This document shows, one piece after another, positions 19,117 to 30,792 of a DNA stretch of 64,000 nt (the first letter of the stretch is position 1; the number at the start of each line of letters is the position of its first letter). Under the pieces are notes generated by a model. The model saw only the letters and a program-made list of their open reading frames with translations, made no database searches and was not told the origin of the DNA. The stretch is from Blastocladiella emersonii ATCC 22665 (lineage: Eukaryota; Fungi; Blastocladiomycota), in assembly GCA_025594325.1 (NCBI GenBank), contig JANHCV010000012.1, positions 1,178,001 through 1,242,000 on the forward strand. The letters run 5' to 3'. The position numbers and the translations under genes were made by a program.

Positions 19117-19172
19117 GCAACGCGTCAGCACAATGTGTTTATTTTCCCAACAACGTAGTAAGAGACAACACC

Positions 19173-19319
19173 ATGAACCAGGCTACTGGCTGCACTTTGT
19201 CACCACCCCATACACCTTCTCCAACCACACCAGGGCCAAAGTCCCTGAGCCAGTACACGGCCATCCGAGACGCAAGTCCACCCGGCGTCAAAGTTGTGTA
19301 CACCGTGCGCTTTGAGTAA
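19173..19319 (+). CDS. 48-aa Pro/Thr-rich peptide
   Basis: ATG preceded by the shared motif (tttt-N12-gtaag). No homology recognised. Confidence 0.4.
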   Translation: MNQATGCTLSPPHTPSPTTPGPKSLSQYTAIRDASPPGVKVVYTVRFE

Positions 19320-19794
19320 GCGCCCCTTCAAGTTAACAGTGAATGCTACCTTGAAGACTGAAGACCAAAGACTTAGTAGTTGTTACGGTGGTAAGTGTAC
19401 GTGTGATGACAGCATGAGTAAACTACCGTGGCCAGCAGGAGCCGGTTGTCATAGACCCACCAAGGTGGCTCCAAGTGGTTGCATGGCAGTTGAGGCAGGG
19501 GAGTGATGTCAAGGATGCAGCCGCGCATGGGTTACTGAAGGCTCAGAGAAGAAGCCAAAGACTTGTGCGTTGAACGCGCTTCCATCATCACCACCAAACA
19601 GTCCATGGCAACTGGTCACGTGACCACAGCCCCCCGCAATGACATAACGTAGCAATGGGTGCTCCGCCCCCATCCAGGAGCTGCTGGCCAGGCAGCCCCC
19701 AGACTGCCCCACACTGGAGTCTCCTTTCATGGTGGCCAACCACTAATCGGAGTTCCAGTGTGGAGCAGGGCATCATTGCCAAGTACTCATCAAC

Positions 19795-19978
19795 CACACA
19801 GTACACCGGCACAGACCAAAGCTCATCGACCACACAGTACACCGGCACACCAGGACACCAGGACACCAGGACACCAGGACACCAACACACCAGGACACCA
19901 GGACACCAACACACCAGGACACCAGGACACCAACACACCAGGACACCAGCACAGACCAAAGCTCATTGACCACACAGC
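19795..19978. repeat. 8-bp (caggacac/caacacac)n array flanked by about 28-bp direct repeats
   Basis: cacagaccaaagctcat(c/t)gaccacacag on both sides of the array. Confidence 0.9.
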
Positions 19979-20418
19979 GCCAACAGGATAAAGGAAGAAA
20001 GGTCCATGGTGCAACTGCACGGGTAGCAAGTCTGCGCAGCGCTCCATGTCCTGACACAAGCAACCGAGTCTATTGCCGTGCACAGCAGATAGCCCTGTAC
20101 GTCTTGTGCCGTACACTTTGACCACCCACAACGTTGGCCATGACACCCATACCAAAGGTCCTGTGAGTGCGTTGGGCTCATTGCAGCAAGATGGCCTATA
20201 CGCGCTCCAGCAGGGGCTTGAGGCAGTGAATCTGTGTCATGGCTTCCGTTGTGGGTGGTGGAGAGCAGGTCTGGGGAGGGGGGCGGTGGGGGGTTCTTAT
20301 AGGGCAAGGGATAGCGCTAATTCCCCAGCCACACGGTTGGTCAGTTCACCAGCCACGCGGCTCACTGGGCAAGCTGGACAACCACCCCGCAGCAGTCCCC
20401 AACCTTTGTCCTCGAGCT

Positions 20419-21137
20419 GGACAACGACGAGCTCTAAGACACTCCACGACCTGCCACGCTGCCTTCCTGTCTGCTAAGACGCTGCCTGCTAAGACGCTCC
20501 TTGCCTGACCCTGTCCTGCCCAATACATTGATGCTGCTAAGACGCTCCCTTGTCCTCGACCTTCCCCCCCGTACCCTGACCTCTTGTCTTTGAAAGTTCC
20601 ACTTTCATGGCAAAAAAGGGTAGTGTATATATATACTCTGTCATAATATGCCATGAAAGTGGAACCTTTACGGTGAGTGGCTTCATAGCAGCCGCTTGCG
20701 GCAGGTGGTTGGGGATGGGCTTGGGGGTCAGGTCAGGGACCAGACCATGGAACTCTGTCAGTGGGTAGCCGCAGCTGCGCTGCTCTTCGTCTCGCTGCGC
20801 TTGCCAGCCGCCGCCGACCGCTCGGGGTAAGCAATGGTCAGCCCGAGCGGTTGGTCAGGGACGGGCTCAGGGATCTGCTCTTGGACTTGTCTCGCAGATT
20901 GACTCGCAGCCGTGCCCACGCGCCATTCATCTGCACATGATCCATGTGACCCACCTGCCACCCGCCCCTGTGCCGTATCCCTGGGGCATTCGGCAAATCT
21001 CAATATATTACTTGGGGTAACGCATTGCCGATCACGTGGTTAGCCCGAGTGACTGCCGCTGACCGCTTGGGGTAAGCAATTGGTCAGCCCGGGTGGTGGT
21101 GGGTCAGCCCATGCCGTATCCCTTAAGGGATACGGCA
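20419..21137 (-). repeat. Right terminal inverted repeat (719 bp), ending in the 26-bp palindrome at 21112-21137
   Basis: Reverse complement of 5096-5814. Confidence 0.97.
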
Positions 21138-22297
21138 ATGACGGACTGTGAACGCTACAGTTTTGCCTTCCATGCTGCCACGTGTGTCGAGACGGGCGGC
21201 TTTGTGGTGATTCGGCGGTTCGCCAAGCTCAGACTCCTTCACAACAAGGTGTGGGCTTTGATCATCTCGGAATTGTTGCGCTACCCGCACGCGCCCGAGT
21301 ACGTTGTGGAACTGGTTCGGACCTTTATTGTGCCGGACGTCTTTCCGGCCATCTTCTTGGCTGGCACGACTCCTCGCTCTCATCAATGTTCTGTCAGGGC
21401 AACTAACTTGTGCCGCTAGTTCTCGCTGAGTTGCGCGGCCGATTCCCGCCAGTCACGGTTCTTGGTTTCGTTCGGATCTGCACAGCGGTAGGCGTCTGCC
21501 GTGAGGACTTTGTCGAGTATCCGCCCGTCGCCGTCAAGGCAATCGACGGGTTGGCCAAGCTCGTCGCGACCATGGAGGTGGACGCGGAACGCGACCCGCT
21601 TGATGCACTCAACCGCACTCTGTTTCTTGCTCAGTTCCCGGACGACACCAATCCCGGTCTAGCCGCGCTCACTTCTGTGTGTATCAATCTTGCGACGCGC
21701 GCGTCGTCACCCTTGAGCGTAGCGGAGACTCTCAATCACATCGATCAAACGCTCGGTCAGCCCTCAACGCGCCATCTCGGCGTGGTCGCAATGCTTCTCT
21801 GCTCTCATGGTCCTGCAGCTGCAATCGAGGCCGGTACCACTGCCTTCTTCGAGCTTCTCCTTGAGCAATACGCTCACGAGAGCAACTCGAACAGAGTCCT
21901 AGAACTCTCTCGCGACAATACGCACCGCCTCACGTTCGAGCAGCTTGCCGCGACCAGCAGCAACTCCCCTGGACTCGGCGCCGCCGTCGCGACCCTCATC
22001 GCGCGCGCTCCCATGTTCGCGTTCCACGTACTCGAGCCCCGGGCGGCGCTGGTCCCGTGGGTGCTCCAACTGCTCGCTAGCTCGCCGGACATCGACCAAG
22101 CAATCCTTGCCAAGCGCATCGCGCCGCATTTGGACCAGGTCATCCGCAAAGCCACCTTGCGCGGGGACCTGGAGCATGCTCGTATGGTATTCCGTGTGCG
22201 AACGCCGTCCGTGGCGCTGTTCAAGGAAATCCGCGAGATGATTCGGGCGGGTGAGTCGGCAAAGTCGCTTTTCAGTCTCAACGCGGAGCTCGAGTGA
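21138..22297 (+). pseudogene. 3' part of the interrupted host gene; begins with the right TSD ATGAC
   Basis: MTDCERYSFAF... continues the 4044-5095 frame. A probable short intron (ctaac branch point, tag at about 21419) leads into ORF 21410-22297. Confidence 0.65.
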
Positions 22298-23017
22298 GAG
22301 CCGTACGTGCGACTCTCTCGCCGAATGTTCCATACACGCGATATCTTTCTCGAGGTACTCAACGCATACCACTTGCACAGGTCGCCGTGACAAAGCTCTC
22401 ACCATATGGCGTCTCGGCCGTTCCGCGGCGAACGCTGTCCCGCACAGGAAAGCTATCCGCGGCCTTGACCGTTGACTTACATGTTCATCCCGCGGCTGTC
22501 CCATCACTCCGATGCATCTTAAGCAAGGTCATGTACGAGGCTCACGTTCATTTGATCACATCGTCCGCGTTGCGGGAGCGAGGACTCGGTGCGAGGTCCC
22601 GTTGGCCGTTTGAAGCACAGCGGCTGACGTTCGCGCCCGTCCCCCTTCACGGTCGATGAGACTGGACTCCACATGGAAGATAAATGTATTCTACTTGCTG
22701 CAACGCGACTATTGAGCAAAATGAACGCGGAAACCGCCTCGATCTCGTGCGCACCGCTCGGTTGGACTAGTCGCGGCCGCGACCGTTCAGAGTCGGGACG
22801 GCGGTGGCTGCAATCTTGGTCGCCAACTCAAACCCGACAACCGCCTCGCACTCGCACGTACACAGGTCCCCCTCGTAGTTCCAGTCGTGCGGGTACTGGT
22901 CGGGGTCGAGCGCCGAGACGCACACGTCGGCGCCCTCGATCCCGTCGGGGTGTCTCGCACCGCTCCGCCCACATCACACCTAGCAAACCGCGTATATTCC
23001 GCGCCGCGCACGCGTCG

Positions 23018-24211
23018 TCATGGCGACGCGGGCTCTAGAATGACCGTGTCCGTCTGCTGATCACCCCCTCCGCCGCCAGTCGTCGTTCCGCCGCCTCCGC
23101 CGCTGTAGCTCCCACTCACGCTGCTGCTGCTCGCAGACGCGTACGACGTGGCTCGGACCGCGGCCGACGTGATAACCCCCGGCGGCACCCCTCGTCCAGC
23201 TCCACCGCTGCCGCCGCGCGAGCCGGGTGGAGGTGGGGACGGCGACTTGGGGTCGGCAGCGGCGTCGATAGCGCCCTTGATCGACGGCCGCGTGACGTTG
23301 ATTCTTGGGTTACCGGGTCCGACGGTGATCTCATTCGTAGTCGCAGCGTCGACGCTGTTGGATCGTGACGAGGATCGGGTCGAGACAGGCATCGTGGTGG
23401 TCGCCGCGGTCCCGCGATCCTTCTGGCTCGCGCGGGACCGCGAGGACGCGGCGCGGGCCTGGCGCAGGGTCAGCGACCGCTGCGAAATGAGGAAATTGTT
23501 GGTGACGAGCGAGGAGAGCGACATCCAGACGAGCATGATGGTGAACCAGATACTTTTCCAGTCTTGCCACTCCGCGTACAGCGAATCCAGGTGAATGAAG
23601 ATGACCCAGCAGCACAGCAGGCACGTCGAGATGGTCGTTGCGCGGAACAGGCGCGCGACGGCGGCCATGGCCATGAAGTTGGTCTTGCTGGTGAGCAGGT
23701 ACAGGTTCATGGCGAGCGAGGTCCCGAAGCTGGCGCAGGTCAGGACGGTGAGCGGGACGACGTCGGCCTCGTACAGCGCGCAGAACCCGAGCTTGTTGGT
23801 GAACGCCGACATGACGCCGAGGTACTGCGCGAGGTTGGCGAGGTTGATGGCCTGCGTGACGCCGTGCAGGCCGCGGTGGAGCACGCGCCGCCACTGGCCC
23901 GCGGCATTCTTGACGGCAAGCTTGTAGAAGAGCTCGGTCTGGTAGTAGAGGTTCAACGAAAAAATCGCAAACAGCGAGACGGTCGACCTCAGCAGGATCC
24001 ACGTGTAGCACGCGGCGGGGTTGCTGGACTCGAGGCGGATCGACGAGAGCAAGCGCAGCGCGACGAAGAAGACAATGACGGCCTGCATCTTGGCGATCCT
24101 CGTGCGCATGTAGATGTCCCGGTTCAGGTACAGCCACGCCATGCACGCGAGGGCCGCGCCCAGCAGCACGCCGTGCGCGATGTCGGTGATGTCCTGGATG
24201 GTGCGCGGCAT
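23018..24211 (-). CDS. Multi-pass (about 7 TM) GPCR-like membrane protein
   Basis: Single 397-aa ORF with about 7 hydrophobic segments and an S/T/G-rich tail. Confidence 0.7.
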   Translation of the reverse strand: MPRTIQDITDIAHGVLLGAALACMAWLYLNRDIYMRTRIAKMQAVIVFFVALRLLSSIRLESSNPAACYTWILLRSTVSLFAIFSLNLYYQTELFYKLAVKNAAGQWRRVLHRGLHGVTQAINLANLAQYLGVMSAFTNKLGFCALYEADVVPLTVLTCASFGTSLAMNLYLLTSKTNFMAMAAVARLFRATTISTCLLCCWVIFIHLDSLYAEWQDWKSIWFTIMLVWMSLSSLVTNNFLISQRSLTLRQARAASSRSRASQKDRGTAATTTMPVSTRSSSRSNSVDAATTNEITVGPGNPRINVTRPSIKGAIDAAADPKSPSPPPPGSRGGSGGAGRGVPPGVITSAAVRATSYASASSSSVSGSYSGGGGGTTTGGGGGDQQTDTVILEPASP

Positions 24212-24413
24212 CGTGGTTGCATCGAGTTATTTACATGGAGGCCGGGTGATTCATTATGCGTGCGCGCGGTGAGCCGAGCATAGCAGGGAACGGGAGGAGC
24301 GTGAGCACGCGGTGCGGGTGCGAGACGCGCTGCGATGCGTGTGGGTGGGAGACACTTCCCTCTCGCGTTTTCTCCTCGCCTACGAACAGTGGATCCCCGT
24401 CTATTTATTCACT

Positions 24414-25248
24414 CTACCGCTTCCCGAGCGCCGTCCCAGCGTGCCGCACGAGCGCGCGGTCGGCGCGCGACACTCCCCCGAAATCGAGGTGGCGGAGGCG
24501 CGGGCACGCGCGCAGGATGGTGGCCTTGTAGTCCTTGTGGTCGGCGAGCGGGTTGCCGTGCAGGGTCAGGGTGGCGAGCTGCTCGGCGTACGGGAGGCGG
24601 GCGAGCGCGCGCGCCACGGCCGTCAGGTTCTCCATGCGGTTCGCGTGCAGGTACAGGTGGCTGAGCGCGGAGCACGCCGCGAGGCCCTATTTGACGTGAA
24701 TGGTGAGTGGGCGGTCGTGCGAGAGGACGAGAGGGGAAACGCGTACCTCGTCGATGCCCGTGAGGCAGTTGAAGCTGAGATCGAGCCACCGCAGGTTGGC
24801 AAACGACACGCCGAGGCGCGACAGCAGGCCGTCGAGGTGGTCGACCTTGGCGAGCTGGTTGTTGCACAGCTTGACGGCGTGCACGACGAGCACCTGCTTG
24901 GGCCGCTCGACGGGCGCGTTGCCCGACAGCGCGCCGAGCACCACGGGCTGCACCTCGCCCGCCTTGGCCGTGTTGGCCGCCTGCTTGGCCGCCTCGGCGG
25001 CTTCGGCCGCGGCGCGCGCGAGCTCGGCTTCCTCGTCGAGCTCGGCAAAGAAGTCTACGCTCTCAAGAGTCAGCCGCTGTGTGGCGCGCGAGGGAGGGTG
25101 GGAACCCACCAGTTACGTTCGTGGCATCGCGGAAGCTGAGGTCGAGCGGCTCGGCCGGGACCGACGCCCACTCCTGGCTGACAATCGACTCGACGCCGCT
25201 CCCGTCGGCGCCGGCCATCCCGGACGCGCGCTTGACTGCAGTCGGCAT
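24414..25248 (-). CDS. LRRC51: LRRC51-like leucine-rich repeat protein, spliced
   Basis: PLDLSF, VKLCNNQL, WLDLSFNCLTGID, LYLHAN and LTLHGNP...DYKATIL...LDFGGVSRADR follow the LRRC51 motif order. Confidence 0.75.
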
Positions 25249-26142
25249 TGTGTTACATGTGATACTGATACTCTAGCGAGAGCAGGAGAAGTCGCGCTCG
25301 AACGCGTTCCCCGCGACGCGTCTCTGAACCGCACGTGAGCGGGCGCACGCTTATCCATGCCATCGGGCCGGGTCGCCGCCGACCCGCCTCTACTCCGCCG
25401 CCGGAACCGATCATAGCCGCCCATGCAGCAATGGAGAGCGGGGACTTGGTGCAACGGCTTGCGCCGGGTCGTCCGTTTCAGATAATCTCAGCAGCGCATC
25501 GAATTCGCCGACACCCGACGACCGACCTTCCCGTTGCGACCACGGCGGCTGGGCAAACGCCGACCTAGCGCTCTCCCTGCCCAATTCCCTTTGCCCTGCC
25601 CTTTGGCCCTGCCCAATCACACGCCCGCCCGCACCCGCCCGCACGCCGGAGCGGCGCGTCCACCGGATGCAGATCGTCATGCGCGGTGATCGGCTCCGGC
25701 AAGTCGCGCGCGATTCATGCCTTGTTCTCGCGTTTGCCGCGCACCCGACGGCGTGCGCCGCTTGCGTCACCGTGATCGTGGGCCGCAATCCGTTGCGATT
25801 GGCAGCAGCCCCAACACGGAGGGCCCGTTCATGCGCACGCGCACACTCGCGCGCCCCCGCGCGTACACGTTCACCCGCCCAGCGCCGACGGCGCCGGGGG
25901 CGGCATGATTGCGAATCCCTGCCATCGTTGTGAGAGGTCGCCGCCGCTGGCCATCGATCTGCATTGTTCCCATCTCGCCCATCCCGCCCGTCGGGCCACT
26001 CGCGCGCGCGCGTGTGCGCTGTGAGCCCTATTTGATCGGCGCAGGCCCCGCCGTGGTCGGTCGCCGCTCTCTCTGTGCGCCGCCCGCCCGCCCGTCGATC
26101 ATCTTTCCCCATTACCCCTGTATCCGCCTATCCCTCGCCACC

Positions 26143-27718
26143 ATGCTCGACGCCCCGTCCGCCCGCCGCCTCGACCTCGCCCTGATCGCCGCCGCGTGGT
26201 ACGCCGTCGGCCTGCTGGTCCTGGCCGCGTCCGTGTGGGCCATGGTGCACCGCATCCGCCTGCCCGCGTCGCTGCGGCGCGTCTCGGTCGCGCAGTGGGC
26301 GCTCATTGCGTTCGGGTTCGTCAGCAACACGGTCCAGCTGCTGTACCAGGCGTTCCCCGACCAGGACAACGGCGGCGCGACGCCGTCGCCCGCGTGGGTC
26401 GTCGCGGATGTCCTCGATTACGCGAGTTACGCGGCGCTCGTCAACCTCGTACGTTTTCCTTGGGTGGGGACTTGATCGGGGGCGGAACTGACTCGCGTGC
26501 ACACGATCGTAGTACATTTTCCTCGCGCTCAAACGCACGCAGGCCGCCCTTCCACCCGCCTGGGCGCACGCGACGAACGCGTGGGCGACGCTGGTCGCGA
26601 TCACCGCCATCACGGTGGCACTCGTCCTCGCCGTGACCGCGCACTACGCGCCGTCGGTCCTGTGCGCCTCCTCGACCGACGCGACGGGCCGCATCAAGTG
26701 CGCGCTCAAGTACCTCGCGGGCGCGCAGGCCGTGTACCTGGTGTGCGACCTGCTGTTCGCGGTCTCGTACATTGCGTGCTGGCGCCGGTACACGGTGCTG
26801 CTGCGGCTGCCGTCGCCGCACTTCGGGCTCCGCGCGCGGCTCGTCGTCTGCGCGTTCCTCGTGTCGGCGGGCATCCAGGGGTTCCTCATGGCCAACGCGT
26901 TCGTCGTCGAGTTCCCGTTCCCCGCGCCGCGTATCCTGTGGCTCGCGCATAATATTCTGGTCGTGGCGACCACGGCCAAGCTCACGTACCAGCTCTCACT
27001 CACGCTCGAGGCCAAGCGCGCCACGATGCCCGTCATGGTCACGGCCGTCGACCGGTCGTCCAGCTGCGCCGAGGAGGAGGAGGATATCGCGGCCTTCTAC
27101 GACGACTACTTTGACGTCGCGCACCCGGACACCACGTCCGTCGTCGCCGCGTACCCGGCTTCGTCAGCTGCGTCGTCCGTCACCTCCCTCGAGCTCGACA
27201 ACGCGGGCGACGACGCCCACCTGCTTCTCCGCTACCACCACGCGAACCGGTACCACGCCAAGGCCGCGGCCGCGGCCGCCGCCGTACACCCGCTCCCCCT
27301 GCCGCGCCGGTCCACCGACACCCACGTCGCCGCGCGCGACAGCCCCGTCCTTGCGGCGCCCGCCGCCTTGTCTCTGTCGCTGCCCCTGTCCCCAACGTCG
27401 TCCATGTTCCCGCCGCACCCGATCGCCCCGTCCCCGTCCCCGTCGCTGCACGCCGCCGACCCGCACGAGCCTGGGCGCACGCTGTACCTCCCCTCCTCCC
27501 CTCGCGACCACGCGAGTGCGGCCATGATCGCGCCGCCGGTGCTGCCCGTGTTCCGGATCCCGCCGCCGCCGTCGCCCGTGGTCGCACGGCGGCAAGAGGA
27601 TGGTGGTGCGGGCGGGCGCCGCGCGTCGGTCGCGTCGGTGGCGCTGTACATTGAGCCCGACGCGCTCGACGAGAAGGGGAACGGGGCCGGGAGCAGGGTC
27701 GGGACGCGGCTGCCGTGA
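26143..27718 (+). CDS. Multi-pass GPCR-like membrane protein, spliced
   Basis: Hydrophobic helices across ORFs 25909-26475 and 26615-27718, a gtacgt intron donor at about 26450, and a Pro/Ser-rich tail. Confidence 0.65.
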
Positions 27719-28037
27719 GGCGACTAGACGGACGGACGGATACCCTCCCTCCCAGCGTGTGTGATTGATAACCAATAATACCATGTGTTCTTGTGCTCCC
27801 CGCTCGTATCCGTGTCAGTGGCCGCGATGGTCGTTGTCTGAAAGCTGCTCGGCCGACATCGCGACCGTGGCCATCGCGACCATGGCCATCGCGACCACGG
27901 CGCCGACCCTTCACGCGTCGCGCAACCTCAACTTCACCCTCAAGACAAGTCAGTTCAACAAACCGTGCATCTCTTTGCTCGGCAACACCGTCGTCGAGCC
28001 CGATCGGATCAAAACGTAAGACAAAATCCCGCCAGCT

Positions 28038-30792
28038 TCACTCCTCGGCGTCGCCCGCCGCGACCTCAGCGGCGGTCGCCTCGCCACCGGTCCCGGCGCC
28101 CGACGCGGCCTTCTTCTCGCCCGAACCCGCGCCCAACGGCGCCGACACCGGCGCCGCGGTGCCCGCCACGCCGTGCTTGTGCGGCGGGACAATCGGGATC
28201 GCCTTGCTCGGCGCGGGCGGGCGCATGCCGATCTCGCGTGCCGACGGCTCGTTGACCGCCGCCGCGGTGCTGGCGCCGGTCGAGCCCGCGCGGCGCGACG
28301 ACGACTGGGTGACGGGCGGCGACCGCGCAATCTCGCCGGGCTCGAGCGGCGACGACGACGACGTGTCCCAGTGCACGCTGGCCGCGGTGCCCGACTCGTC
28401 CCCGCCGCCGCTGTTCGTCGCGGCCGACGACGACGGCGCGAGGCCGAGCGCACTGCCGCCGCCACCACCACCACGCGAAGTCGACGAGTTCGGGGGCGGG
28501 ACCGCGGGGTACGCCGACCCGGGCCCCGAGTTCCCGCCGCCGCCGTTACCCGACGACGACGACGCCGCGGCCGCGTGGGCAGCAGCCGCCGCCGCAGCCG
28601 CCGCGGCCGCGTAGTACGCGTACGCGTTGGGCGCGGTCGGCGGGGGCAGGTACCCCATCGCGGCAGCGGCCGCGGCCATGATGGCCGGGTCAAACTGGGC
28701 AAAGTCGGGCTGCGGCGACGCGAGCCCGCTGCCGGGGAGGTGCGGCGCGAGCGGCGACGCGGGGACCGACCCACCACCGGCGCCGCCGCCGCCGTACGAA
28801 AAGTACGCGGCCGTCGGCGTCACGGGCTGCGTCGGGCCGCCACCACTACTACTGGTCGCCGTGGACCCGCGCGTGTGCGAGTGCTGCTGCTGCGGAGACC
28901 CGGCGCCACCGAGGCCAGGCGGCGCGGTTGGCGGCGGCGGGTAGCCCGGGAACCCGCGCGGCGGGTGCGGGCCGACCGGCGGAGCGCCGCCGTACGCCGC
29001 GCCGAACGGCATGGTGCCGGGCGGGCCGGGCGGCATCGGCGGGAGCATGCCGCCGAACGCCGCGTACAGGGTGGCCGGGTTGAAGCCGGCCGCGATCGCC
29101 GACGGGCTGTTGGGCGCGAACGGCGGCATCGGCGGGTTCTGGTGCGGGTGCGGCGGCGAGGTGCCCGCGCCGGAGCCCGAGCCCGAGGGGCCCGACGACA
29201 CCGGACCGCCCGCGGGCTCGGCCGGCGGCGCGTGGTACCCGTGGAACTGCAGCGGCGGCGGCGGCGGGTGCTGCTCGGCGCCGGCCGACGGCGCGCCCGA
29301 GGCCGTCGACCGACGCGAGTGCTGGTGCTGGTGCTGGTGCTGCTGCTGGTGCGGGCCTCGCGGCGACGAGGGTCCCGAGACGGGCGGCGACCCGGCGGGC
29401 GTGGTGTTGGCCGTCGACGTGGCCGACGACAGCGGGCCGCGGTGCAGCGGGCGGTCGCGTGTCGACCCGCCGCCCGCGCCGCCCTGCAGCGGCTTGCGCG
29501 GGGCGCGCGCGTCGGGGGTCTCGCGGAACTGGACGCGCAGCGTCGCCGACTGGAACTCGCGGCCGTTCTCGCCGTCGATGGCCGCCTGCGCGCTCTCCTC
29601 GTCCTCGAAGCGCAGGAATGCAAAGGCTGTGGTCGGGCGGGTGGGCACGAGGGTCAGCCACTAGTCCGATCACACACGCGTCGCACACAAAAGAAGGAAA
29701 GCGTACCCTCGCCCGTGGTGTTGAAGAGGTGGATACTCTCGATGGCGCCGTACTGGCCGAACCGGTGCTGGAGCGCCGCCTCGGACACCTGGCGCGGGTT
29801 GAGCGAGCCGACAAAGACCGAGTGGCGGTCCGTGTCGGGCTTGTGCTTCTCAATGTTGGCGGCCCACTCGACGGCCCACTTGGCCTGCTGGCGGATGTGC
29901 AGGTACGCGCGGATCGCGTCCTCGCGGTACCGGAATTTCGCGAAGCAGCAGCCCTTGGACTTGTTGGTGGCCGGGTTGGTGAGCAGCGTCACGTCCTCGA
30001 CCTTGCCCCACTTCTCGAGGTACCGCTGCATCGCCTCCTCGGTCATGGTCTTGGGCAGCTTGGCCAGGAACAGCGTGCGGTTCACGCGCGCCTGCTCGAC
30101 GCGCACGTGCCGCCCGTCCACGATCGTGTCGTGCGACTCGTCGAGCGCGCGCAGCGCGTCGTCGGTCGTCTGGTTGGTTCGGGGGATGGTGGTGAGTGAT
30201 CCGGCCGAGGGCGAGGTCGGGAGCAGAGAGAAGAAGCAACGTACGCCGTACTGCACAAACGCGTAGGGCCGGTTCATCCAGTCCTTCATGACCTTGACGT
30301 TGAGCAGGCGGCCCCACTGCGCGAAATGGCGCGTGACGCTCTCGGTGAGCTGCTCGTCGGTGCGCTGCGCGTTGAGGCTGTTCGGGCGAGCGCGAGCGAG
30401 TGTGGGGAGAGATCAGTCGGCGCATCACCACCGCCCACGCGCGTGTGAGAAACGCGCACCTCGCGACGAACAGGCACGCGTCGGGCTCGCCCTTGACGGG
30501 CCGATCTACACGTCCCGGGCGCACGCGAGAGATCAGTCTCGACATCACTCGGCCGTCGCGCGCGCGCGAGAGGGGAAGACGTACCGTACGACGACGACCC
30601 GGCGTCGCGCATCGACATCTGCTCGGTGGCGCGCGCGAGCTGCTCGTCGGCGGCACCGCCGCCCTCGTCCGCGTCGCGCGGCGACGTCGGCGACGGGTAC
30701 TCGGTGGTGGCCGCGGCGGCCTGCTTGCCGCGCGGCGTGTGCGGCGGCGGCGCCGAGGCGAAATGCTGCTGGGCGTGCGAGCGCGACGACAT
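28038..30792 (-). CDS. RIM4: Rim4-like meiotic RRM RNA-binding protein with a long low-complexity C-terminus, spliced
   Basis: ACLFVA...VKVMKDWMNRPYAFVQY...ARVNRTLFL matches yeast Rim4 RRM1. Two further RRMs follow (KGCCFAKF; VFVGSL...FAFLRF). Confidence 0.7.

Larger units (their letters stand above)
5096..21137. mobile_element. Endogenous Polinton-like virus (PLV), 16,042 bp, structurally complete
   Basis: 5-bp TSD, TG...CA ends and 719-bp TIRs. Compact intronless genes for a jelly-roll MCP, minor capsid, A32-type ATPase, rve integrase, tyrosine recombinase and primase-helicase. Visibly lower GC and CpG than the flanks. Confidence 0.93.

Noticed and set aside
19588-20155. Several repetitive ORFs (VLVSWCPG, TPGHQ)
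   Set aside because: Translations of the 8-bp tandem array in multiple frames.
5107-21126. piggyBac-style reading: element 5111-21122 with a TTAA target duplication
   Set aside because: It leaves matching 11-bp arms unexplained in the flanks. Boundaries 5096 and 21137 give TG...CA, a 5-bp TSD and an in-frame host empty site. No piggyBac transposase is present.
5096-21137. Canonical Polinton/Maverick or virophage
   Set aside because: No pPolB motifs and no cysteine protease were found in any ORF, so it is called PLV-like pending phylogeny.
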